A stretch of DNA of 64,000 nucleotides from positions 10,103 through 74,102 of the forward strand of contig JAKPQQ010000116.1 in assembly GCA_029557215.1 (NCBI GenBank), given 5' to 3'. The notes below the pieces were generated by a model that was not told the origin of the DNA, did no database searches, and saw only the letters and a program-made list of their open reading frames with translations. A program made the position numbers and the translations under genes. Source of the DNA: Fibrobacterota bacterium (GTDB lineage: Bacteria > Fibrobacterota > Fibrobacteria > UBA5070). Below are positions 1 to 10,026 of the stretch, piece by piece (positions within the stretch are counted from its first letter, which is position 1; every line of letters begins with the position of its first letter).

Positions 1-1643
1 TCGCCCACGATATCGGCCATGAGGCTGGGGTTGGACTTGGTGCTGTTGTTGGCCACGATGCTGGCCACGTTGTAGAGCGTGACGACCCGATCGGTCTTCT
101 TGCCGACAGCGTTCCACTTGGTGATGACCGTCCGATCGAGCAGCTCGCGCATCAGGTCGCCATCCCACCAGATACCGAAGTTGTAGGTCGCCCCGCCACC
201 GGCGGTCGTGGGCTGGGTCGAGGAAACAAGCTCTCCGGTGCTGCTGTAGATGTTGGAATTCGCGCTGCTCCAGATCTCGTAGCCCTTGTGGTTCTCGTCG
301 ATGTCGGCGGCGAGGCACCGTCCGATGTCGCCGCTGACATCGAGCTTCCACTGGATCGCGCCGGTGGTGGCGTTGCGAAGCGACATGCCGGGGATCGTCG
401 TGCCGTTGGCACCCTCCAGGCAGGAGAAGTGTTCGAGACCCTCGATATCGGGATTGATGTCGGCCAGGTGCTGGGCGTCGCCGTGTCCAAAGCCGGTGGA
501 GTACATGCTCTTGCCCGTTTCATCGACTCCCATGGATCCGTACATGATCTCGTCCCGACCATCGGCGTCGACATCGCCCACGATGAAGTTGTGGTAGCCC
601 GAACCCGTGTACTTGGACGCGACTCCACTGGGATCGCTGTCCCAGGCCCACTCCTTGACGAGGCTTCCATTGCGGTACCGCCACGCTTCCAGCTTGATGC
701 GATGGTAGATCCCGCGCGAGATGACGAAGCTGGGGTTCACGCCATCCAGGTACGCCACCGACCACATGCACTTCTCGGCGCGATGGCTCAATTGCCCGTC
801 GTTCATTCCGGCCGATCCCCACTGGACCATGGGCTCGCGGTCGATGTACTTGCTCCAGGCGATCTCCTTGCCGGTCGCGCCTTCGAAGATGGAGATGTAG
901 TCGGGGCCGTCGATGCGGTAGTAGCTCGAATTCTGGACTGCGGTGGATCGGTAGCTGGTCACGCCGTCGCCGTCGCGATCGCCGATGTTCTTGCCGGTCC
1001 CGTCGGTGAATCCGTCGGAGGTCCGGGTGGCCACTTCCGCCTTGCCGTCGCCATCGAGGTCGTAGACCAGGAAATTCACTTCCACCTGGTTGATCAGGTT
1101 GGGACCCAGGTTGATGGCCCAAAGGAAGGTGCCGTCGAGCTCGTAGGCTTCCAGGTAGTGGTAGGTGGTGGCCGTCGGAGTGGCATCGGTCGCAAGCCGC
1201 TTGACCACGATCTCGTATTCGCCGTCGCCGTCCAGGTCGCCCACCGAGGCGTCGTTGATCTCGTAGCCCGCGTAGCTTCCCCCGATCGAGCGGACGGGGA
1301 TGGTGAAGAACTGCTTGGCCAGCGGTGCCGCCGCCACGGAACGCGCCTGCTCCACGCCGTCGATCACCGCCGCCACGCTGTAGCCCTCTCCGGTGCTGGA
1401 TGCATCGGTGTAGTTCGACACGCTCAGTGCGGAGGCGATCTTCGTGGAGCCGCGATAGAGGTTGTAGCTGGCTTTGGCCGCGTATTCCGGTCCGGTGATG
1501 CGCCAGTTGACCATCACGCCGCCGGTGACGGGCACCGCGACCACGCTCCGGTCCAGGCGTTCCATCCGGTGCTGCGCATGGGAACCCACCGCCGGCAGCA
1601 GGAGAGCGCACATTCCCAGGACAAGACCACGATACGAATTCAT
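1..1643 (-). CDS. rhamnogalacturonan lyase, PL11 family (YesW/YesX-like); N-terminal 547 aa, C-terminus beyond window start
   Basis: Own translation of the edge-open minus frame from ATG at 1643; it is absent from the ORF track because it has no stop in the window. Signal peptide MNSYRGLVLGMCALLLPAVGSHA. Repeated calcium/FG-GAP-like motifs GDLDGDGEYEIVVK, VYDLDGDGKAEV and GDVDADGRDEI are typical of PL11 beta-propeller lyases. A purine-rich RBS lies upstream. Confidence 0.7.
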   Translation of the reverse strand, partial: MNSYRGLVLGMCALLLPAVGSHAQHRMERLDRSVVAVPVTGGVMVNWRITGPEYAAKASYNLYRGSTKIASALSVSNYTDASSTGEGYSVAAVIDGVEQARSVAAAPLAKQFFTIPVRSIGGSYAGYEINDASVGDLDGDGEYEIVVKRLATDATPTATTYHYLEAYELDGTFLWAINLGPNLINQVEVNFLVYDLDGDGKAEVATRTSDGFTDGTGKNIGDRDGDGVTSYRSTAVQNSSYYRIDGPDYISIFEGATGKEIAWSKYIDREPMVQWGSAGMNDGQLSHRAEKCMWSVAYLDGVNPSFVISRGIYHRIKLEAWRYRNGSLVKEWAWDSDPSGVASKYTGSGYHNFIVGDVDADGRDEIMYGSMGVDETGKSMYSTGFGHGDAQHLADINPDIEGLEHFSCLEGANGTTIPGMSLRNATTGAIQWKLDVSGDIGRCLAADIDENHKGYEIWSSANSNIYSSTGELVSSTQPTTAGGGATYNFGIWWDGDLMRELLDRTVITKWNAVGKKTDRVVTLYNVASIVANNSTKSNPSLMADIVG

Positions 1644-2022
1644 TGGAATCCCCTTTTGGCCACTGTCGGATGATCGGGCCCTGGTAGACGCGTTCCGCCA
1701 ACCTTCAAGGTACTGATCGATCCGACTTTTCGCAGGCGTAGCGCGCCTCGGGCCATTGCACCCGGTTCAATACCGCTTGCCCGATGGATCGCACCGCCTC
1801 GGAACAGATGGATGCCGAGAAGGGTTGGATTCCAACGGACTTCCGGGGGGAGGGGAACGGGGGAACCTGGTTCGAAGCGAAGATGGAGCCAGATGTCAAG
1901 ACCCGTCACGATTGAACCGACAGGCAAGACCATGCCGCGAGGTCGGCAAGTTGACGCCACGCCCATCCACGGAACAGGGGGTTTGCGCACCGCAGAGGAA
2001 CTATCTTGTGCGATTCGCGTGC

Positions 2023-2104
2023 GCGAGAATGGCGGAATTGGCAGACGCACCAGACTTAGGATCTGGCACCGCAAGGTATGGGGGTTCGACTCCCCCTTCT
2101 CGCA
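2023..2104 (+). tRNA. tRNA-Leu (anticodon TAG), type II with long variable arm; CCA not encoded
   Basis: Hand-folded cloverleaf. Acceptor GCGAGAA/TTCTCGC. Anticodon stem CCAGA/TCTGG with loop CTTAGGA. Variable arm ACC-GCAA-GGT. T arm GGGGG-TTCGACT-CCCCC. Discriminator A. Confidence 0.9.
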
Positions 2105-2142
2105 TGCGACACCCTTTTCAACTGTGGCCAAGGAGCCTTGAC

Positions 2143-3372
2143 GTGAACGTTGTTGTGGCCGAGCGCGGCGCCACCGAGCGCGAACTGGATCTGGAAATTC
2201 CCGGAGAGAACCTGGAATCTCTCGTGGAAACCAAGATCGAGACCTACCGCAAGAAGATCAACCTGCCTGGTTTCCGTCCCGGCAAGCTGCCCAAGGACGT
2301 GGTCAAGAAGCGTTTTGGCGCCAGCATCCGCGCCGAGGCGATCGAGGATCTGGTCGACAAGTCCATCCGCGAAGCCTTGACCGAGAAGAAGATCCTCCCC
2401 GTGGCCCCCGGCCAGGTGGAAAAGCTCGACGCTCCCGAGGCCGGACCGATCAAGGTCAAGTACCTGTTCGAAGTCGATCCCGAGATCGAACTCAAGGACT
2501 ACAAGGGCCTTGGAGTGAAGCTGGACAAGACCGAGATCAAGGATGCGGATGTCGACGCCCGCATCGAGGAGATCCGCAACCAGACCGCGCAGATCGTGCG
2601 GCCCGAGCGCGCTTCGCAGACCGGCGACCTGATCACCGCCCGCTACCAGAAGATCCTGGTGGAAGGCGTGGAAATGCCCGCCCCGGTGCCCGTGTTCCAG
2701 GCCGAGCTCGGCAAGGGGATCCCGGCCGTGGACGCCGCCCTCACCGGCGCCAGCGTGGGTCAGGAACTGGCGATCGACTTCACCTTCCCGGCCGACTACC
2801 AGGACGCGAGCCAGGCCGGCAAGGCCGCCCGCTACGAAGTCGTGGTGGAAGGCGTGTTCGAGCGCAAGCTGTCGGACGTCACCGACGAGTGGGCTTCGCA
2901 GCTGGGGCCGTTCAAGACCTTGGCCGACCTGCGCGACCGCGTCCGCAAGGACCTGGAGCAGCACGCGGAAAACACCGCCAAGCAGAAGGCGCACGACGAG
3001 GCCATGGACATCGTGCTGTCGCGCAACCCCTTCGCCGTCCCCAAGGCCCGCGTGGAGCACTTCGTGAACTGGCAGCGCGATCGCATGATCCGCCAGGGCG
3101 CCCAGGTGCCCGAGCTTCCCGAACTGATGCAGGTGTTCGGCGCCGAAGCCGAAAAGCAGCTGCGTCGCCAGCGCGCCATCGAGTGGATCGCCGAGAAGGA
3201 ACAGATCAAGGCCACCACCGAGGAAGTGGACGCCCGGATCAAGGAAATGGCCGAACAGGCCGGGATCTCGGCCGAAGACGCCCGCGAAGAACTTCGCAAG
3301 TCGGGACGCCTGATGGAAGTCCGCGAAAGCATCCGCATGGAAAAGACCGCCGACTGGCTGGTCTCGGCGTAA
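2143..3372 (+). CDS. tig: trigger factor (ribosome-associated chaperone/PPIase), 409 aa
   Basis: In-frame GTG at 2143, 7 nt after AAGGAG. The upstream part of ORF 1756..3372 overlaps the tRNA and is not coding. Contains the trigger-factor signature GFRPGKLPKDVVKKRFG and has the typical length and architecture. Confidence 0.9.
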   Translation: MNVVVAERGATERELDLEIPGENLESLVETKIETYRKKINLPGFRPGKLPKDVVKKRFGASIRAEAIEDLVDKSIREALTEKKILPVAPGQVEKLDAPEAGPIKVKYLFEVDPEIELKDYKGLGVKLDKTEIKDADVDARIEEIRNQTAQIVRPERASQTGDLITARYQKILVEGVEMPAPVPVFQAELGKGIPAVDAALTGASVGQELAIDFTFPADYQDASQAGKAARYEVVVEGVFERKLSDVTDEWASQLGPFKTLADLRDRVRKDLEQHAENTAKQKAHDEAMDIVLSRNPFAVPKARVEHFVNWQRDRMIRQGAQVPELPELMQVFGAEAEKQLRRQRAIEWIAEKEQIKATTEEVDARIKEMAEQAGISAEDAREELRKSGRLMEVRESIRMEKTADWLVSA

Positions 3373-3398
3373 GCCGATCCCTGGCGAATGGATACAGG

Positions 3399-3437
3399 CC
3401 CCGGTCTCCCCAGCGCGGAGATCGGGGCTTTTTGTTT
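3399..3437 (+). terminator. rho-independent terminator after tig
   Basis: CCCCGGTCTCC-N7-GGAGATCGGGG hairpin (one G:T pair) followed by CTTTTTGTTT. Confidence 0.6.
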
Positions 3438-3527
3438 GGCGCGAGCCTCCGCTGGTTTCGCGACTTTTTGTCCCCAGGGCGCGATTTGGGTTGAACGCCC
3501 CAGGGGGTCGAGCGCGACTATGACAAG

Positions 3528-5276
3528 ATGAAGATCTCACTCGGCTCTCTGACTCTCCCGATCCTGGCGGCCGCCGGCCTGGCGTGCGCCACCACCCAAG
3601 CCACCAAGGATTTCAACAAGAACCTGGGCCAAGGCGTCAATCTTGGCAACATCCTCGAAGCGCCGTACGAAGGCAATTGGGGGGTCATGCTCGATCCCAT
3701 CGATCTCGAGTTGATCGCCGGGAAAGGTTTCAAGTCCGTGCGCGCTCCCATTCGTTGGGATGGCAGGGGCAACGATGCCCTGCGCAGTTTCTGGCGCGCA
3801 TTGAGAACCGAACCCTACACGGTGGATCCGCGGTTTTTCGCCCGCGTCGATTCCTTGATCGACTGGTCGCGGCGCAATCGCCTGCTGCTGGTCATCAACG
3901 ACCACCACCACGACAGCCTGTTCGCCAACTATGAACGCGAAGTTCCTCGCTTCCTGGCCATCTGGGAGCAGATCGCCGAGCGCTACAAGGGCCTTCCCAA
4001 CGACTCGGTGGCCTTCGAAATCCTCAACGAGCCACACGACCAGGTGACCGCGACCCGCTGGAACTGGCTGTTGGACACCACCCTCAAGATCATCCGCAAG
4101 ACCAATCCCACGCGGCCCGTGGTGATCGGCACCGCCGATTGGGGCGGGATCGGATCCATGCGCGCGCTGGAGGTGCCCGATGACTCCAACCTCATCCTCA
4201 CCGTCCACGATTACAATCCGTTCACCTTCACACACCAGGGTGCCGACTGGCAGACGCCCGCGATCCCCATCGGAGCTCGCTGGGGTGGGTATTGGGATCT
4301 GCGCCAAGCGACCGACGACGTCCAACGGATCGTCGATTTCGCCAAGGAAAAAGACCTTCCTGTCTGGATCGGGGAGTTCGGGGCGCTTCCTTATGCCGAC
4401 ACGGTCTCGCGCCTGGCTTGGGCGGCGACCAAGGCCCGCCTGTATGAACGGGCGGGATTCAGTTGGGCATGGTGGGAGTTCAAGGCCGGGTTCGGATTCT
4501 ACAACGCCGACATCGACGAATGGAACATGCCCTTGGTCAACGCCTTGATCTCCACCGACACCTCGATCATCCACTTGGGCGAACCGCCCGAAGGGGAATC
4601 CGATCAAGTCATGAACGGAAATTTCGCCTTGGGCGATTCGGGATGGGTCTTGAACCTTCCCAAGGGCAAGGCCGTCTTCCATGTGGATTCGGGCTCGGCG
4701 CTGGTGGTGGTGGATAGCGCGACGCCTGGAACATCCTGGGGCGTGCAGTTGATCCAGGCCCCCATCACCTTGAAGCAGGGCTATCGCTACGTACTCATGT
4801 TTTCCGGAAGCGCCGACCAGCCCATCAGCATCGACGCTTCGGTCGGGATGAACGAAGACCCCTGGAGCAGCTACGGATCGGCCAACGGAATCCTGCTGGG
4901 AGCGGAGCCCAAATCGTTCTTCACGAGCTTGCAGGTCCCCGCCGACGACAGCAATGCGCGCATCTGCTTCAACGTCGGCAACACCAACGGACGCGTGCGC
5001 ATCGACAGCGTCAGGCTGTTCGAATACGCGCCCGATCCCGTGTCGGTGAACCCCGCCAAGCGCTCCGCGGTCGGATTCCGTCAGATCGGCGCCAGCCTGC
5101 GGCGCAAGGGTCCCGCCATGCCCGCGTCGCGCCACCTGCTGGACGTGCGTGGCGCCAGGGTGGCTTCGCTGGACTGGACGCGCCAGGGCGACACCTGGGT
5201 CGCCGACCTGTCGCAGGTCCCCCGCAACCGGCTCCTGTTCCTGGACCGCGAAGCCTCGAGGGTGTTCCTGCGCTGA
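3528..5276 (+). CDS. secreted GH5 endoglucanase with CBM4/9-like module and T9SS-like C-terminal tail
   Basis: N-terminal signal MKISLGSLTLPILAAAGLACATTQ. GH5 motifs NLGNILEAP, FEILNEPH (acid/base Glu) and WIGEFGA (nucleophile Glu). A C-terminal beta-sandwich follows (NGNFALGDSGW...RIDSVRLFE), then a roughly 80-aa tail ending RLLFLDREASRVFLR. Confidence 0.85.
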   Translation: MKISLGSLTLPILAAAGLACATTQATKDFNKNLGQGVNLGNILEAPYEGNWGVMLDPIDLELIAGKGFKSVRAPIRWDGRGNDALRSFWRALRTEPYTVDPRFFARVDSLIDWSRRNRLLLVINDHHHDSLFANYEREVPRFLAIWEQIAERYKGLPNDSVAFEILNEPHDQVTATRWNWLLDTTLKIIRKTNPTRPVVIGTADWGGIGSMRALEVPDDSNLILTVHDYNPFTFTHQGADWQTPAIPIGARWGGYWDLRQATDDVQRIVDFAKEKDLPVWIGEFGALPYADTVSRLAWAATKARLYERAGFSWAWWEFKAGFGFYNADIDEWNMPLVNALISTDTSIIHLGEPPEGESDQVMNGNFALGDSGWVLNLPKGKAVFHVDSGSALVVVDSATPGTSWGVQLIQAPITLKQGYRYVLMFSGSADQPISIDASVGMNEDPWSSYGSANGILLGAEPKSFFTSLQVPADDSNARICFNVGNTNGRVRIDSVRLFEYAPDPVSVNPAKRSAVGFRQIGASLRRKGPAMPASRHLLDVRGARVASLDWTRQGDTWVADLSQVPRNRLLFLDREASRVFLR

Positions 5277-5377
5277 CCGTGGAGCGATCGGCCTTCGCAT
5301 GATCCCACGGCGCCTCGCGCGCCGGGATCGGAGGCCCTAGCTCGCATCCCTGGCCATTCCCCGGGCGGCGGCAAACA

Positions 5378-5410
5378 GAAAAGGCAACGGGACCTGCCCC
5401 GTTGCCTTTT
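5378..5410. terminator. bidirectional rho-independent terminator between convergent GH5 genes
   Basis: Perfect 9-bp stem GGCAACGGG / CCCGTTGCC flanked by AAAA on one side and TTTT on the other. Confidence 0.6.
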
Positions 5411-5452
5411 GGCGTTCCTGACCAGTTGGTCGGTCGGCGCTGGCCGCCCGGG

Positions 5453-7213
5453 TCAGTTCCCGACGAGCAGCTTGCGGACTTCGCGAGCCTTGGGGCCGGC
5501 GATCTCGGCGAAGAAGATCCCTTTGCCGGTCAAACGGATCTTGGCGGCTCCGTCGGTCAATCCGCTTTGGGCCACCAGCTGGCCGCGGACGTCGCGCACC
5601 GAAACGGTGGACCAGTTCTTGTCCAGGCCGGAAAGGCTCAGTTCGTTGCCGAGCATCTTCCAGGAGCCGACCGTGCGCGGCCTGCCCACCGACACGGGGT
5701 CGATTTCCGTCTTGAGTTCGACCCAGTTCAGGTTGTAGAGGCTCCTGGTTCCGGTGCCTTCGAACGAAAGGCGCAGGCGCACCAGTCCGGTGGGCAGGTT
5801 CACCAGGCTGTGGCTGTCGACCACCGTGACCCATTTTTGCCAGCCGCCGGTGGCCACGACCGGAACGGATGCCAGAGCGGTTCCGGCTTCGTCTCGCAGG
5901 ACCAGATCGCCGCCGACGCCGTTGCTGGCCACGCGCGCATGGAAGTAGAACGGACCCGGACCGGTCACTTTGACGGCGTAGTCGGCCCAGTCGCCAGCCT
6001 CGATGTACCCCAGATTGTCGGTGCCGTCGATGTCGGCTCCCGATTCGGATTGGATTCCCGACATCGCCACGAACCCTTCGGCCTGCAGACGGCCTGGAAG
6101 GCTTGCCGTGTCGGGTTTGTCCCCTGGGGGAGGTTCGGGATAGAGATAGCCGAAGGGACCGTTGAATTCGCGGATCTTGGAGCGGACGTAGGTCCCGGAA
6201 ACCGACAACAGCGAATCGGCCCACCAGCCTTTGGCACCCGCGGTGGGGAGCAATGCCGCAGATGCCTCGGCCTTGTTGGTCAGCGACCAGTTGCACCAGC
6301 CGATCTTCTTGCTCGCTGCCCAGGTGAGCCAAGCATCGGATTCGGTCGTATAGACCTTCTTGTCGGTGCCGCCGCCACCGTCGGCGTTGGAGGTGCCCCA
6401 TTCGGAAATGAACAACGCCAGACCGTTGTTCATGGCGGTATTGGCCTTGTTGCGCAACGCGGCGCCATGGGAACCAGCATAGAAGTGCAGGGTGTAGGCG
6501 AGATTGCCGCCGTAGACTGTCTGATCGATGGGGTCGTAGGACACGACATCGACATCCTGCGCCCAACTGGGGGTGCCGACCAGGATGATGTTGTCAGGAT
6601 CGATTCCGCGGATCGCAGCGATCACTTCCTCCGAATAGGGTTTGATCTGCGTCGCCCAGTCGATCGCCTCCGCGCCATCCGGATTGGTGGTGGTGGGTGC
6701 CTGGGCACCCATCGGTTCGTTGTAGATCTCGTAGATCACGTTGGGGTATTCACCCCACTTCGTGGCCATCCGCTTGAAGAACTCCACCGATTTGGCCGTG
6801 TGGTTGTGCGCGTAATGGTCGTGCCAGTCGATGATCACGTAGATGCCGTTGTCGATGGCGGCCTGGATCACGCTGTCGGCGCGTTGGAGGTTGGCGATGT
6901 CGCCCTTGTTGAGCGAATCCAGGTAGTTGCCGTTGCCTTCGACACCGATTGCGGCGCGGACCACGGAAGCGTTCCAATCGTAGGCGATCCAGGAAACGGC
7001 CTTGCGGTTGTAGAATTGCCCGGACCAGCCAGACCAGAACAGGCTCATGCCGGTCAACTGGGTGGGAGTGCCATGCTGGTTGACGATCTTGTTGCCGCTG
7101 ACGGACAGCGCTCCGTGCATGTCCACGGGCGAGGCTGCGGGGGCCGCGGCGAAGGTCTTGATCGACAGTGCAGCCATTGCCGCGATGCCGATCCGCCAAA
7201 AATCCAATTGCAT
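5453..7213 (-). CDS. secreted GH5 endoglucanase with CBM6-like module and T9SS-like C-terminal tail
   Basis: ATG at 7213 (in frame with ORF 5453..7294) preceded by AGGAGA. Signal peptide MQLDFWRIGIAAMAALSIKTFAAAPAAS. GH5 motifs IIDWHDHY, IYEIYNEP and FISEWGTS. CBM6-like block LQAEGF...GDWADYAV...YNLNWVELK. Tail ...VRDVRGQLVAQ...FFAEI...KLLVGN. Confidence 0.85.
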   Translation of the reverse strand: MQLDFWRIGIAAMAALSIKTFAAAPAASPVDMHGALSVSGNKIVNQHGTPTQLTGMSLFWSGWSGQFYNRKAVSWIAYDWNASVVRAAIGVEGNGNYLDSLNKGDIANLQRADSVIQAAIDNGIYVIIDWHDHYAHNHTAKSVEFFKRMATKWGEYPNVIYEIYNEPMGAQAPTTTNPDGAEAIDWATQIKPYSEEVIAAIRGIDPDNIILVGTPSWAQDVDVVSYDPIDQTVYGGNLAYTLHFYAGSHGAALRNKANTAMNNGLALFISEWGTSNADGGGGTDKKVYTTESDAWLTWAASKKIGWCNWSLTNKAEASAALLPTAGAKGWWADSLLSVSGTYVRSKIREFNGPFGYLYPEPPPGDKPDTASLPGRLQAEGFVAMSGIQSESGADIDGTDNLGYIEAGDWADYAVKVTGPGPFYFHARVASNGVGGDLVLRDEAGTALASVPVVATGGWQKWVTVVDSHSLVNLPTGLVRLRLSFEGTGTRSLYNLNWVELKTEIDPVSVGRPRTVGSWKMLGNELSLSGLDKNWSTVSVRDVRGQLVAQSGLTDGAAKIRLTGKGIFFAEIAGPKAREVRKLLVGN

Positions 7214-7353
7214 GTTCAATTCTCCTGGTTCCGAACCGGATTCGGCACAGAAGGTGCCGATGGCCGATTCCCGAGTGGTTTTGGTGGGTCGCAAACCACA
7301 AGGGAAGGGTTCACACCCCGGCCGGGTCCGGCCACAGGTGGGTGAGGGTCAGA

Positions 7354-7809
7354 TCACCCACCGAACTGTCTCAGATGGTGATTGATGTGCTTCCAGGCCA
7401 GGATGCCCCTCTGCCTGCGGGTCAGAGGGCCAAACGCGGGGTGCGGGGCGAACGGGCGGTCTTCGGGGCGGTTGGCGGCTTCTTCCAGCAGGGCCAGCAC
7501 CCGGTTTCGGTCGCGCTCGAACTCCTGGGGGCGGGTGCCTTCCTTTGCAGGGTCCATCTTCGCCGAAGTGGAAGCGCCTTTGGGCATGGGCAGATGCAGG
7601 ACCAGGTGCTTGACCACTTTGCGCAGGAAGATGTTGCTGCGGTCGGAGTCGGGGCGTCGTCCCAACGCCTGTTCCAGGCTGTCGGCCACGTGGCAGAGCA
7701 TTCCGCCCACCGAAAGGGTTCCCCAGCGCCGAGGCGCGTCGGGTTCCAGACGAAGGATCCGTTCTACAAGATCCGTCCGCGCTTGGAGGTCGAAGATCGA
7801 TTTGGGCAA
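7354..7809 (-). CDS. DinB-superfamily / DUF1569-like protein
   Basis: The C-terminal two-thirds of ORF 7354..7977 is protein-like (TLSVGGMLCHVADSLEQ..., GILAWKHINHHLRQFG). The probable start is TTG at 7809, 6 nt after GGGAGA; the part upstream of it is R/P/W-rich. Start is uncertain. Confidence 0.5.
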   Translation of the reverse strand: MPKSIFDLQARTDLVERILRLEPDAPRRWGTLSVGGMLCHVADSLEQALGRRPDSDRSNIFLRKVVKHLVLHLPMPKGASTSAKMDPAKEGTRPQEFERDRNRVLALLEEAANRPEDRPFAPHPAFGPLTRRQRGILAWKHINHHLRQFGG

Positions 7810-7998
7810 AGCGCTTCTCCCGGGACACGTTGCAATGGGGCCGAATGCGGGGAGTGGGATAGAAGATATCCCCGTCCACCGAGCTTCGCTGGCCCAATTC
7901 CTGGGTTGGGGGTGGTGACTTTTTGTCCAAGGATCTTCGCATTCGCGCACGGGGCTCGTCCATGCGGTCCTCGGCACCCGCGGACGGCCCTGTTCGTT

Positions 7999-8679
7999 CT
8001 ACTCCCCGAGCCGCCAATCGATGGGGTCGCGGCCCGCGGCGGTCAAAAACTGGTTGGCCCGGCTGAATGGCTTGCTCCCGAAGAACCCGCGGTAGGCGGA
8101 TAGCGGCGACGGGTGCACGGACGCGATCACGCCGTGGCGCGACAGGTCCACGCGTTCGGTCTTCTTGCGAGCGGGTGATCCCCACAGGATGAACACCATG
8201 GGCTCGGATCGTGAGGCCAACAGCTCCACGATGCGGTCGGTGAACTTCTCCCAGCCCTGGTTCTGGTGCGACAACGGTTGTCCGGCGCGCACCGTCAGGC
8301 AGGTGTTCAGCAAAAGGACGCCGTTTTTCGCCCAGGGCTCCAGGCTGCCGTGGCGCGGGATGGGCAGCCCCAGATCGGCGTTGTATTCCTGGTGGATGTT
8401 CACCAGCGAAGGCGGCTTGGGGATTCCCGGCGGCACGGAAAAGCAAAGGCCGTGGGCCTGGCCGGGGCCGTGGTAGGGGTCCTGCCCCAGGATCACCGCG
8501 CGCACCTGGTCGAACGGAGTGGTGTCCAGCGCCGCGAAGATCCGGCCCCCGGGAGGGTAGATGGTGGCGCCCGCAGACCTTTCGGCTTGCAGGAAGCCCC
8601 GAAGGCGACCGAACCAATCCGATGCGAAGACGTCTTCCAGGCGACTGCGCCAGCTTTCTTCGAGTTTGACTTCCGCCAT
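7999..8679 (-). CDS. ung: uracil-DNA glycosylase, family 1
   Basis: Motifs GQDPYHGPGQAHGLCFSV and HPSPLSA. ATG at 8679 is preferred over the TTG at 8709 printed as M in the ORF track. Confidence 0.9.
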   Translation of the reverse strand: MAEVKLEESWRSRLEDVFASDWFGRLRGFLQAERSAGATIYPPGGRIFAALDTTPFDQVRAVILGQDPYHGPGQAHGLCFSVPPGIPKPPSLVNIHQEYNADLGLPIPRHGSLEPWAKNGVLLLNTCLTVRAGQPLSHQNQGWEKFTDRIVELLASRSEPMVFILWGSPARKKTERVDLSRHGVIASVHPSPLSAYRGFFGSKPFSRANQFLTAAGRDPIDWRLGE

Positions 8680-8729
8680 GATCCCCAAAAGTAGGTCGCC
8701 CCTCGCCAAGAGGCCCGCGGCACCCCCGG

Positions 8730-9752
8730 TCAGCGAGCGATCAGACGGATTTTGCCATCACCGGCCGTCTGGATCGACATCCTTGGCCAGGACGGCGCCG
8801 ACGGGTTCCCGGTCCGTCGTCCCGACAGGTCGAACCGCGCGGCCAGGGTCATGTCGCGGGCGGCGGCGAAGCGATCGCGTCGTCCAATGGCGCTGGTCCG
8901 GGCGTTCATCCGGAGCCACCGCGCGGCGCATCGCTGGCCGATGAGGACCATGCCCGCCGCCTTGTAGTGGATGCCGTCGGTGGATAGGCCTTTGGTCGCG
9001 ACGGTGTCCACGTTCGCGAGCTTTTGGGTCAGCGCGATGTCGGCCGCCCAGATCTTGGAATAGTTGGTCCACATCGACTGTCCGTCGATCATGGGAAGCA
9101 CCACCGGAAGATCAGGGACACCGGCCTTGGTCCGGATGTCCTTGACCAGGTTGGACAGGTTGGTTTCGTACTGGTTGGCCAAGGTCGCGTCCATGGCGTC
9201 GAATTCGCCTTGCAGCCAGACGAACCCCGCCCATTTCGGCGTGTACCGGGTGGTATCGAACGCGCTGTTGAATGCCTTCAGGGCATCGTCGATGGATCCC
9301 ATCATGGCTGTGTAGTAGGTCCCGCCTTTGCCGTTGTTGGAACTGGGCGGGAGCCACTCGGTGGATTTCCCCAGATAGGTCCCGGAGCGCGCGACCTTGA
9401 TGAACGCGAACTTCCTGCCCGGGAACGAATCGGCCAGAACCTTCCCGAACAGGAGTTCCGGTCCGAACTGGTTGTTGTTGGCGCCGAATCCGGGGCCCAA
9501 CGTGGACCATTTCTTGAGCTTGGAAGCGTCGCCTTCGGCGTCCAGGTAGATCTTGATGTCGGGCAAGGTCTTCTTGTGGTCGGCCGAAAGGTCGTTGGTG
9601 CTGGTGCCCAGGCCCACCATGTTCGACTGGCCGGAAAACAGGAACAGAGGTACTTCGGTCTTGGCGGCGGAGAACGCGTTCGCGGCGCAAACGGACGCCA
9701 ACGCCGCCGTCTTGACAAAAAATGATCCGCATGTCCAACGACGACGATCCAT
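8730..9752 (-). CDS. secreted carbohydrate acetylesterase (CE6 / DUF303 sialate-O-acetylesterase-like) with T9SS-like tail
   Basis: ATG at 9752, in frame, with GGGAG upstream. Signal MDRRRWTCGSFFVKTAALASVCAANAFSA. Motifs FSGQSNMVG and WLQGEFD. The upstream 246 aa of ORF 8730..10490 is antisense to the neighbouring gene region and not protein-like. Confidence 0.75.
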   Translation of the reverse strand: MDRRRWTCGSFFVKTAALASVCAANAFSAAKTEVPLFLFSGQSNMVGLGTSTNDLSADHKKTLPDIKIYLDAEGDASKLKKWSTLGPGFGANNNQFGPELLFGKVLADSFPGRKFAFIKVARSGTYLGKSTEWLPPSSNNGKGGTYYTAMMGSIDDALKAFNSAFDTTRYTPKWAGFVWLQGEFDAMDATLANQYETNLSNLVKDIRTKAGVPDLPVVLPMIDGQSMWTNYSKIWAADIALTQKLANVDTVATKGLSTDGIHYKAAGMVLIGQRCAARWLRMNARTSAIGRRDRFAAARDMTLAARFDLSGRRTGNPSAPSWPRMSIQTAGDGKIRLIAR

Positions 9753-10026
9753 GGTCTTCGCTCCCGGTGGGTTCGGCAGGTGGCGCGACCGGAACGGAGC
9801 GCGCTCGTCGAGCGCTTCCCGTGGTGTTCCGATCCGCCGTTCCAGTTCCAAGGATAGGGTGCGATTCGCCTGGCGAGGTGGCGTTGTCGGGTCGTGCCCG
9901 TTGTCAAGCTGTCCACACCCCGCAGGCCCGAACGGGTCCGTCGCCGGGTCCGCGGAACTTATCGTTTTGCGGTTGTCGTCGTGTTCGTCGTCGGACCGCG
10001 CGCCAAGGCATCCAACCGGAGTAGAC

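Noticed and set aside
1756-2142. N-terminal 129-codon extension of the trigger-factor ORF.
   Set aside because: It reads straight through the tRNA-Leu gene. The GTG at 2143 with an AAGGAG RBS gives a normal-length trigger factor.
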